The notes beneath the pieces were generated by a model. It ran no database searches and had not been told where the DNA came from. It was given only the letters and a program-made list of their open reading frames with translations. A DNA stretch of 64,000 bases, from contig CAVSZB010000005.1 in NCBI GenBank assembly GCA_963732385.1, positions 256,001 through 320,000 on the forward strand, given 5' to 3'. Source of the DNA: an uncultured bacterium (GTDB lineage: Bacteria > Krumholzibacteriota > Krumholzibacteriia > LZORAL124-64-63). A program made the position numbers and the translations under genes. Shown here piece by piece: positions 26,935-34,848 of this stretch. Numbering within the stretch: position 1 is the first letter of the stretch; each line of letters starts with the position of its first letter.

Positions 26935-27453
26935 ATGAAGAAGCGGTCAGGCTTCACGATGCTCGGTCTGGTGGCCCTCTACGCAGGACTTCTGGCTCTT
27001 TTGGCGGCCGCCCCCGCGGACATAAAGACGAACGCGCCCACGCCGGTGACCCCGGGCATGTCGGCGACCAGGCCGGCCGACGGCGAGATTTCGGCGCCCG
27101 ACCGCGTGGTGGTCTACTACTTCCACACCACGCAGCGCTGCCCCACCTGCCGGCGGATCGAGGCGTGGTCCGACCTGGCGCTGCGCACGGCGTTCGCGGC
27201 GGAGCTGGCCGACAGCGCGCTGGTGTTCCTGCCGGTGAACACCGACGAGAAGGGCAACGAGCACTTCGTGAAGGACTACGAGCTCTACACCAAGTCGCTG
27301 ATCGTGATCGACCTGAAGGACGGCGTCCGCCGGGACTGGGAGAATCTCCAGAAGGTCTGGGAGTACTCGGGCAGCCAGGAGAAGTTTTTCGCGTACGTCC
27401 AGGACGAGGTGCGCGGCCACCTGACCGGCAAGCGGGTCAGCGAGCGTGGCTAG
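26935..27453 (+). CDS. arsF: ArsF-family periplasmic CxxC protein
   Basis: Signal peptide; VVVYYFHTTQRCPTCRRIE; adjacent to an ArsG-like gene. Confidence 0.75.
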   Translation: MKKRSGFTMLGLVALYAGLLALLAAAPADIKTNAPTPVTPGMSATRPADGEISAPDRVVVYYFHTTQRCPTCRRIEAWSDLALRTAFAAELADSALVFLPVNTDEKGNEHFVKDYELYTKSLIVIDLKDGVRRDWENLQKVWEYSGSQEKFFAYVQDEVRGHLTGKRVSERG

Positions 27454-28138
27454 CGAATTCTGGGGCGTGCCTGCCGCGCTCTGGCTCGGCATCCTGACCT
27501 CGATCAGTCCGTGCCCGCTGGCGGCGAACATCGCGGCGGTGAGCTTCATCGGGCGGCGGCTGGACAGCCCGCCGCGCGTTTTGCTGGCCGGCGCGCTCTA
27601 CACGCTCGGCCGGGTCGTCGCCTACGCCGCGCTCGGCATGCTGATCGTGGCGAGCGCCCTGTCAATCCCGGCGGTGGCGCGCGCGTTGCAGAGCAGCATG
27701 AACAAGGCGCTCGGGCCGCTCCTGATCGTGACCGGCGTGCTGCTGCTCGAATGGATCCGCCCCGTGTTCGGCGGCGGCGCCGGCGTTTCAGACGCCATCC
27801 GGAAGCGGGCCGAGCGCGGCGGGCTATGGGGCGCGGGGCTGCTCGGCTTCGTCTGCGCGCTGACCTTCTGCCCCGTGTCGGCCGCGCTCTTCTTCGGCAG
27901 CCTCATCCCGCTCGCGGTGCGGCACGGATCCAGCTTCGGCCTGCCCGCCGCCTACGGCGTCGGCACCGGGCTGCCGGTCATCGGCTTCGCCATCCTGATC
28001 GCGCTGGGGGCCCGCTGGGTCGGCCGCGCCTTCGACCGGCTGACCGCCCTGGAGCGCTGGGCGCGGCGCGCCACCGGCGTGGTGTTCATCGGGGTCGGCG
28101 TCTATCTTACGCTGGTGCACGTGTTCGGAGTGCTGTAG
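27446..28138 (+). CDS. arsG: ArsG-family (DsbD/CcdA-like) membrane protein
   Basis: LGILTSISPCPLAANIAA, ALTFCPVSAALFFGSLIP, YGVGTGLPV. Confidence 0.78.
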   Translation: MASEFWGVPAALWLGILTSISPCPLAANIAAVSFIGRRLDSPPRVLLAGALYTLGRVVAYAALGMLIVASALSIPAVARALQSSMNKALGPLLIVTGVLLLEWIRPVFGGGAGVSDAIRKRAERGGLWGAGLLGFVCALTFCPVSAALFFGSLIPLAVRHGSSFGLPAAYGVGTGLPVIGFAILIALGARWVGRAFDRLTALERWARRATGVVFIGVGVYLTLVHVFGVL

Positions 28139-28156
28139 CGGACGCGGAGGGCCCGG

Positions 28157-28612
28157 TTGCTGGACATCTACATCGACGCCGACGCCTGCCCCGTGAAGGA
28201 CGAGGTCTACCGGGTGGCCGTCCGTTACGGGCTGAAGGTAATCCTGGTGGCGAATTCCCGGATGCGGACCCCGAACGCGGCCTGGCTCGAGTTCGTGCTG
28301 GTCGACAGCCGGGAGCCGGACGCGGTGGACGACTGGATCGCCGAGCACATCGGCGCGGACGACATCCTCATTTCCGGCGACATCCCGCTCGCTTCGCGCT
28401 GCCTGGAGAAGGGGGCCCGCGCGATCGGCCTTACCGGCCGCCCCTTCGACCGGGACAACATCGGCGACTCGCTCGCGACCCGACAACTCCTCTCCCAGCT
28501 GCGCGATCAGGGGATCATGATGGGCGGCCCCGCCCCGTTCGCGAAACGCGACCGCTCCCGCTTCCTCCAGGCCCTCGACGAAGCGGTCCAGGCCATCCGC
28601 CGGGGGAAGTAG
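28157..28612 (+). CDS. YaiI/YqxD family protein
   Basis: IYIDADACPVK, DIPLA, GGPAPF. Confidence 0.9.
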   Translation: MLDIYIDADACPVKDEVYRVAVRYGLKVILVANSRMRTPNAAWLEFVLVDSREPDAVDDWIAEHIGADDILISGDIPLASRCLEKGARAIGLTGRPFDRDNIGDSLATRQLLSQLRDQGIMMGGPAPFAKRDRSRFLQALDEAVQAIRRGK

Positions 28613-28642
28613 CCCGGGCGCGCCGAGCGGCCCGACCGCCCG

Positions 28643-29539
28643 TCAGTCGCGCTTCAGCGACCGGTACACCATCTCCGTGAACGCCTCCGGCGGGAACATG
28701 CGTTTCCCCCACACCTCGTCGAGCCGGGCCGTGGGCTTCTCCGCGATGATCGTGGCGAGGTCCTTGCCCGCCGCGATCTCGCGGGCGACGATGTCGCGAA
28801 ACTCCTGCAGCATGGCGCGGTGCGCGGCGAGGTCGGCCTTCGTGCCGACGGGGCCGTGGCCCGGCACGATTTGCGTCGAATCGCCGGCGGCGGCGAGGAT
28901 GACATCGATCGCGGCGATCAGGCCGTCGATGTCGCCGCCACTCGAGACGTCCACGAACGGATAGCCGCCGTGGAACCAGAGGTCGCCGGTGTGGATGACG
29001 TCGGCGCGGCGGAAACGCAGGACCGCGTCGCCGTCGGTATGCGTGCGACGCGGGTGCCGGATCTCGACCGTTTCGCCGTTGAGATGCAGCGTCAGCGAGT
29101 CCGGGAACGTGAGCCGGGGTAACGCGCCGGCCGGCGCCGGCGCGATTGTTTCGTCGATGACCGCGATGGTCTGCCCCTTTTCCATCCGCGCGCGCAGATT
29201 CGGGTGCGCGAGGATCAGGGCGCCGTCTCGCGCGAGCGCTGCGTTGCCGCCCGTGTGGTCGAAATGCCAGTGGGTGTTCACGACGAATTTTACCGGCCCG
29301 GCGCCGAGCGCGGCGACCGCCACCTTCAACTTGCCCGCCATCTGCTCGTAATCGGCGTCCACGAGCAGGACGCCGTCCGGCCCGTGGCACGCCACCACGT
29401 TGCCGCCCGGGCCGCGCAGCCAGGTCAGCCCCTCGGCCAGCGGCCGCGCGGAAAATTCGTACTTCTCCCACTCCTGGGCCACGGCCGGCGCGGCCAGCAA
29501 GGCCAGTCCGAACATGACGATCGCGAACGAGCGTCGCAT
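28643..29539 (-). CDS. Secreted MBL-fold metallo-hydrolase (cyclase-like)
   Basis: Signal peptide; NTHWHFDHTGGN, HTDGD, GDL, PGHG. Confidence 0.88.
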   Translation of the reverse strand: MRRSFAIVMFGLALLAAPAVAQEWEKYEFSARPLAEGLTWLRGPGGNVVACHGPDGVLLVDADYEQMAGKLKVAVAALGAGPVKFVVNTHWHFDHTGGNAALARDGALILAHPNLRARMEKGQTIAVIDETIAPAPAGALPRLTFPDSLTLHLNGETVEIRHPRRTHTDGDAVLRFRRADVIHTGDLWFHGGYPFVDVSSGGDIDGLIAAIDVILAAAGDSTQIVPGHGPVGTKADLAAHRAMLQEFRDIVAREIAAGKDLATIIAEKPTARLDEVWGKRMFPPEAFTEMVYRSLKRD

Positions 29540-29580
29540 CGGAAACACCCCCCTGTTTTGTCGTCCCAATGAACCTCGCA

Positions 29581-29615
29581 CGGACGCCCCGACCGCGATG
29601 CGATCGGGGCGTCCG
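29581..29615. terminator. GC-rich hairpin downstream of the 29639 gene
   Basis: Perfect 12-bp stem CGGACGCCCCGA/TCGGGGCGTCCG. Confidence 0.5.
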
Positions 29616-29638
29616 TCGAACCGCACGACCCGACCAAC

Positions 29639-30535
29639 TCAGCCGGTCATGATGATGACCCGCTTGATGGCTCGGAAAGCCCGCGGATCGAGGATGTTCA
29701 GTTCCACCTTCCCGTCGACCTTCTGCAACTCGTAGCTTGCCGGAGGCTGGGCGCTCAGGACCCGGGCCTTCTCGGCCGGGATGACGATCAGGGTCTCCAG
29801 ATCGGTGTCCAGGGACAGGAATCTGGTCTCGTCGATCAGGCCGGTCGGCTTGAGGGTCTTGCCCAGACCCAGGAAGCCGCCCGTGGCAGCCACGACACCG
29901 TCGGTGGTCAGCTCTTTCTTCGACCCGATCGTGTAGTAGACCGTGGCCAGTTCGCGGCGCTTGGTTTCGATCGCCTGGTTCTGAGCCTCGATCGTCGCCA
30001 CGTGGGCCTGGATCGTCTCCTGGCCCTGCTGGACCTCGGCCGTCAGCCCGGTGACCTGTGTCTGGAGCTCACCCACCCGCTGCGTGAGCTGGGCGATGAT
30101 CGCCTCCTTCTCGGCCACCGTCGTCCGGAGGGTCCGGATCATCTTCTCGAGGCCGGCCACCTGGATGCCGCTCTTCCGGAGCTGAGCCTCGAGCTCCACG
30201 ATCCGGTCCTTGGCCCGCTGCACGCCCGCCTTGATCACGGCGATGCGCGCCACTGCTTCGTCGCCGCGATCCCGCGACAGGCTCTTTTCGGCCTCGAGCT
30301 GGGTGGCGAGCGCCTGTGCGCCGTCTTCGCCGAGCATGATGGCGTTGAGGCTGTCCTGGATGGCGGCAATCTCGTTGACGGCCTCTCCATAACGGTCGCG
30401 CGCCGCCTGCTCGTCTGCCTGCAGCGTGGCGTAGTCATTCGATTTCTGCTGGAGTTTCTGATAGAGCACTCCGGCAAGGCCCAGAAGCAGGAGAACGGCG
30501 ACGGCCAGGGACACGAACAGCACCGGTTTGCGCAT
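29639..30535 (-). CDS. Membrane-anchored coiled-coil protein (Cbp1-like)
   Basis: N-terminal TM helix, long heptad region, C-terminal VYYTIGSKKEL...GGFLGLGK...LS.QP.ASY...ILDP..F. Confidence 0.65.
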   Translation of the reverse strand: MRKPVLFVSLAVAVLLLLGLAGVLYQKLQQKSNDYATLQADEQAARDRYGEAVNEIAAIQDSLNAIMLGEDGAQALATQLEAEKSLSRDRGDEAVARIAVIKAGVQRAKDRIVELEAQLRKSGIQVAGLEKMIRTLRTTVAEKEAIIAQLTQRVGELQTQVTGLTAEVQQGQETIQAHVATIEAQNQAIETKRRELATVYYTIGSKKELTTDGVVAATGGFLGLGKTLKPTGLIDETRFLSLDTDLETLIVIPAEKARVLSAQPPASYELQKVDGKVELNILDPRAFRAIKRVIIMTG

Positions 30536-30615
30536 GGCGGCATCTCCTTCGTTGCGATCCAGCAGTCAATCAAGCGGATGCGCGGCGCCCCTGCCGGCGC
30601 CGGACCGCGGTCGAA

Positions 30616-32727
30616 CTACATCAGTCCCCGGGCCCGCAGCAGCGGCTCCACCGCCGGCTCCCGTCCGCGGAAACTCACGAACATCTCCATCGGGTCAGCC
30701 ACACCGTCCCGCTCCAGGATGTTCTTGCGGAAAGAAGCGGCCGTCGCCTGGTCGAAGATGCCGTTGGCGCTGAAGACATCGAAGGCGTCGTTGTCGAGCA
30801 CCGCCGCCCAGATGTAGCTGTAGTAGCCCGCGTCGTAGCTGCCCGTGATGTGCCCGAAGTAGGTGCTGCGGTACCGCGAAACGATTTCGGGGATGAGGCC
30901 GTAGCGGGCGAACAGCTTCTGCTCGAATGCCGGCACATCGACCTTCTCGCCGGCGGGCAGGCTGTGGTAGGCCAGATCCAGCAGGGAGGCCGCGAGGTAC
31001 TCCGTGGTGGCGAATCCCTGGTTGAACAGGGTGGCGTTCCTGATGCGGTCGATCAGATTCTGCGGGATCGCCTCGCCCGTCCGGTAGTGCCTGGCGTACA
31101 GCTTCAGGACCTCGGGGTGGAAGGCCCAGTGCTCCATGATCTGGCTTGGCAGCTCCACGAAATCCATGGCCACATAGGAGGTGGCATAGGGAACCCTGGA
31201 GAGCAGGCTCTCCAGGGCGTGGCCGAATTCGTGGAACAGGGTCTCGGTGTCGTCCATGCTCAGCAGGGCCGGTGTGTCCTCCGTGGGCCGCGTAAGATTG
31301 CAGACCACCGAGGTGACCGGCGTGATTTCCCTGCCGTCGCGGAAGTGGTGCCCGCGGTATTCGAGACACCACGCGCCCCCCTCCTTGCTTTCGCGCGGGA
31401 AGAAATCGAGGTACAGGACGCCCAGATGCGCGCCGTCGGCCTCCTCCACTGCGAAGGCCTGGGCATCGGGATGCGGTCGGGGCAGGTCGGGCAGCGGCGT
31501 AAAGGTCAGGCCGTACATCCGGTTCGCCACGGTGAACAGACCCTCGCGCACCTGCTCAACCTGGAAGTAGGGCCGGATCTCGTTCTCGTCGAGGTCGTAC
31601 TTCGCCTTGTGGAGCTTCTCCGCGTAGTACATCCAGTCCCAGGAGGCCAGATTGAACCCTCCCCCTTCCTGGTCGATGATTGCCTGCAGTTCGGAGGCTT
31701 CTGTTTTGGCGACCTTGAGGGACTTCTCCCACAGCGAGTTCAGCAGCGCGAAGGCTCGCTCGGGCGTCCGCGCCATCTTGGTTTCGAGCCGGTAGGCGGC
31801 ATAGTTCGGGAAACCGAGCAGCTGTCCCTTGTCCGCGCGCAATTCCACCATGCGCGCCAGGACCGCGTTGTTGTCCTGCGGGTTGCCGTTGTTGCCCCGA
31901 TTGGTGTAGGCGGCGTAGAGCCGCCGGCGAAGCTCGCGGTTGCGGGCGTACTGGAGGAACGGGATCATGCTGGGCTTGTGGGTGGTGAACAACCACTTGC
32001 CCGGCAGGCTGTCGGCCGCCGCGGCCTCGGCGGCCGTGGCGATCACGTCCGCGGGCAGGCCGGCGAGATCAGCCTCGCTGTCGATGACCAGCTTGAACGC
32101 ATTGGTCTCCGCCAGCAGGTTGGTGTCGAACTGGACGGCCAGAGAGGCCAGTTCCCGGTTGGCGTTGCGCAACTCTTCCTGCTTCTCCGCCGGCAGCAGG
32201 GCTCCGTCGAGCACGAACGACCGGTACAGCCGCTCGAGCAGGTAGCTCCGGGCAGGATCGAGATGCCAACGCTCCTTCTGCTCGTAGACCGCCTTGATCC
32301 GCGCGAACAGTTGCGGATTGAGCGTGATGGCGTCCTCGTGGCCCGAAAGCCGCGGCTTGATCTCCTCCGAGATCTTCTGGAGGGCCGGATTGGTGTTGGC
32401 GCTCGTGAGGTTGTCGAAGATGCTGGTGACCGTGCTCAGCAGAACGTCACTGTCGAACAGCGCCTCGACGGTGTTCTCCCAGGTGGGCGCGGCCGGATTG
32501 TTCACGATGTTCTCGATGGCCGCGTTCTGCTGCTTCATGCCCTCCGTGAAGGCCGGCAGGAAGTGCTCGGGCCTGATGCGATCGAAAGGCGGCACGCCGA
32601 AAGGCGTGTCGAACGACGCGAGCAACGGATTGTCGGCGAGGCTCCCCTTATCCATGGCCGGAAACTCCCTGCAGCTCAGACAAAGCGACAGCGCGCACAG
32701 GACAACGATGACGGACATCCTCTTCAT
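30616..32727 (-). CDS. M3-family peptidase (peptidyl-dipeptidase Dcp-like), likely lipoprotein
   Basis: PPFDRI, TLFHEFGHAL, DFVELPSQIMEHW, YDAGYYSYIW, FRGREP. Confidence 0.92.
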   Translation of the reverse strand: MKRMSVIVVLCALSLCLSCREFPAMDKGSLADNPLLASFDTPFGVPPFDRIRPEHFLPAFTEGMKQQNAAIENIVNNPAAPTWENTVEALFDSDVLLSTVTSIFDNLTSANTNPALQKISEEIKPRLSGHEDAITLNPQLFARIKAVYEQKERWHLDPARSYLLERLYRSFVLDGALLPAEKQEELRNANRELASLAVQFDTNLLAETNAFKLVIDSEADLAGLPADVIATAAEAAAADSLPGKWLFTTHKPSMIPFLQYARNRELRRRLYAAYTNRGNNGNPQDNNAVLARMVELRADKGQLLGFPNYAAYRLETKMARTPERAFALLNSLWEKSLKVAKTEASELQAIIDQEGGGFNLASWDWMYYAEKLHKAKYDLDENEIRPYFQVEQVREGLFTVANRMYGLTFTPLPDLPRPHPDAQAFAVEEADGAHLGVLYLDFFPRESKEGGAWCLEYRGHHFRDGREITPVTSVVCNLTRPTEDTPALLSMDDTETLFHEFGHALESLLSRVPYATSYVAMDFVELPSQIMEHWAFHPEVLKLYARHYRTGEAIPQNLIDRIRNATLFNQGFATTEYLAASLLDLAYHSLPAGEKVDVPAFEQKLFARYGLIPEIVSRYRSTYFGHITGSYDAGYYSYIWAAVLDNDAFDVFSANGIFDQATAASFRKNILERDGVADPMEMFVSFRGREPAVEPLLRARGLM

Positions 32728-32880
32728 GGCTTCAACCCCTGCGGATTTCGGGTGCCGGGCCGCGAACGGGGCCGCCCGGGAGGCTGTTTGAAAACGTTCG
32801 CCCCCACGATACACTGTCGGGCCGGGTTGCACTACCCCGGGGTAAGCACCAGAACAGCCGCCGCGGCCATGGCCGTATTG

Positions 32881-32889
32881 TGTTATAAT
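32881..32889 (+). promoter_or_regulatory. Extended -10 promoter for the endonuclease gene
   Basis: TGtTATAAT in a divergent intergenic region; no clear -35. Confidence 0.5.
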
Positions 32890-32956
32890 GGAGAAGTTCC
32901 GGAGATGATCGACTTCGGCCACGACGAGGATTTTCACTTCGCCCAAGGAAATCTTT

Positions 32957-34759
32957 ATGTGCATGTCCTGCTTAAGGTTCGGGCGCCTGGCGCCCCCGTC
33001 GGCCGCCTTCCGGATCGCGCTCGTGTTCGTGGCTCTCGCCGCTTTGACGTTCGCCCCGGCCGGGACTGCGGCCGCTCCGCCGCCGGGATATTATGACGCG
33101 GTGATCACCGACACCCCCCTGCTGCTGCGCACGACCCTGCACGAGGTGATCGACGACAACCTCAAGATCCCCTACACGTCTTTGAGCACGGACACCTGGA
33201 ACGTCCTCGAGCTGGCCGACCAGGACCCGAACAACTCCGCCAACATCCTCGATCTCTACCGCAACCGCAGCTACGTCAAGTTCGGCGGCGGCACCGGCCC
33301 CTACAACCGCGAGCACAGCTGGCCCAACAGCTATGGCTTTCCGGACGACGGCGCCACCAACTACCCGTACACCGACTGCCATCACCTGTTCCTCTGCGAT
33401 GTCGGCTACAACGGCGATCGGGGCAACAAGCCGTTCGGCGCCTGCGCCCCCGGTTCGACGGAGCGCGTCACCGACTACAATGACGGCATGGGGGGCGGCT
33501 CCGGCGTGTTCCCGGGCAATTCCAACTGGTACAACGCCACCCTCTGGCAGACCTGGAACGGCCGGCAGGGCGACGTCGCGCGCGCCATGTTCTACATGGA
33601 CGTGCGCTACGAGGGGGGCACGCACTCCGTCACGGGCGTCGCGGAGCCGAACCTGATCCTCACCGACAACACCTCCCTGATCGTGACCACCGGCAGCAAC
33701 GCGTCGGTCGCCTACATGGGACTGCTGTCGGTCCTGCTGCAATGGAGCGCCGCCGACCCGGTCGACGACCGCGAGCGGGACCGCAACGACGCGGTCTACA
33801 GCTTCCAGGGGAACCGCAACCCGTTCATCGACCATCCGGAATGGGTGAACGCCATCTTCCTGCCGAGCACCGGGCCGACGATCACTTCGATCCCCGACGT
33901 GCCGGCCGACCAGGGCGGCCAGCTCCAGGTCAACTGGCAGCGCAATTCCCTCGACGCCGCCGGCTCCCTGGTGCCGATCACGCAGTACATCGTCCAGCGG
34001 TTCGCGAGCACGTGGGTCGATGTCGCGGTCCAGCCGGCCACCACCTCCGCCACGTATTCCCTGGTCGTCCCCACGAACGACATCGCCTCGCCGGCCACGC
34101 CGCAGCCATGGTCACAGTATCGCGTCGCGGCGGTCGAGACCGGCGGTCTCGTGCATCTTTCCCCGGTGATCAGCGCCTACTCGATCGACAACCTGGCCCC
34201 ACCGACGCCGGTGGTGTCGCTCGACCAGAGCGGTGTCCCCTGGGTGATCTCGTGGGCCATCCCGGAGATTCCCGATTTCAACGCGGCCTGCGTCTACCGG
34301 GGGGACGTGACCGGTTTCGAGCCAACGACGCCGCTGCAGTGCGACGCCGGCACCTCCTGGCTCGAGTACGACACCACGACGCACTATTACGTGGTGCAGT
34401 TCTCCGACACCCACGGCAACCTGAGCGACTTCAGCGCCGAAGTCTCTCCGGACGTGACGGACGTGCCGGACGCGGGCGTGCGTTTGACCGCGATCACGCG
34501 CGTCTATCCGAACCCGTTCAATCCGCTGACCCGCGTGGCGTTCTCGCTCGGCGAGCCGGGCCCTGTCCGCATCGACCTCTTCGCAGCCGACGGGCGTTTG
34601 GTGCGCACACTGCTGGACGAGCCGCGCGGCGCCGGCGCGTTCGAGGTCGTCTGGGATGGCACGGACGGGCGGGGCGGCCCGTTGGCCAGCGGCCCTTATT
34701 TCCTGAGGCTGCAAAGCGGCGGCCAGGTCGACACGAGGAAAATGCTGCTTTTGAAGTGA
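32957..34759 (+). CDS. Secreted endonuclease I (Bsn/EndA-like) with DQGG/FnIII module and FlgD-Ig C-terminal domain
   Basis: YNREHSWP, TDCHHL, GDVARAMFYMDVRY, DPVD..ERDRN...QGNRNPFIDHPE; C-terminus YPNPFNP...KMLLLK. Confidence 0.88.
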   Translation: MCMSCLRFGRLAPPSAAFRIALVFVALAALTFAPAGTAAAPPPGYYDAVITDTPLLLRTTLHEVIDDNLKIPYTSLSTDTWNVLELADQDPNNSANILDLYRNRSYVKFGGGTGPYNREHSWPNSYGFPDDGATNYPYTDCHHLFLCDVGYNGDRGNKPFGACAPGSTERVTDYNDGMGGGSGVFPGNSNWYNATLWQTWNGRQGDVARAMFYMDVRYEGGTHSVTGVAEPNLILTDNTSLIVTTGSNASVAYMGLLSVLLQWSAADPVDDRERDRNDAVYSFQGNRNPFIDHPEWVNAIFLPSTGPTITSIPDVPADQGGQLQVNWQRNSLDAAGSLVPITQYIVQRFASTWVDVAVQPATTSATYSLVVPTNDIASPATPQPWSQYRVAAVETGGLVHLSPVISAYSIDNLAPPTPVVSLDQSGVPWVISWAIPEIPDFNAACVYRGDVTGFEPTTPLQCDAGTSWLEYDTTTHYYVVQFSDTHGNLSDFSAEVSPDVTDVPDAGVRLTAITRVYPNPFNPLTRVAFSLGEPGPVRIDLFAADGRLVRTLLDEPRGAGAFEVVWDGTDGRGGPLASGPYFLRLQSGGQVDTRKMLLLK

Positions 34760-34848
34760 CCAGGCCCGGATCTGTTCGCGATTCTGACTTCGTGGTAGGG
34801 TGACCGGCACGCGTTCGGGCCAACCTTTCCACGCCACGAAGGATCGTC

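Noticed and set aside
26615..27453. Selenocysteine in the redox proteins
   Set aside because: Both active sites are plain CxxC with no in-frame TGA
32780..32796. GAGGCTGTTTGAAAAC resembling an IS terminal repeat
   Set aside because: Single copy, with no partner repeat, transposase or target duplication visible
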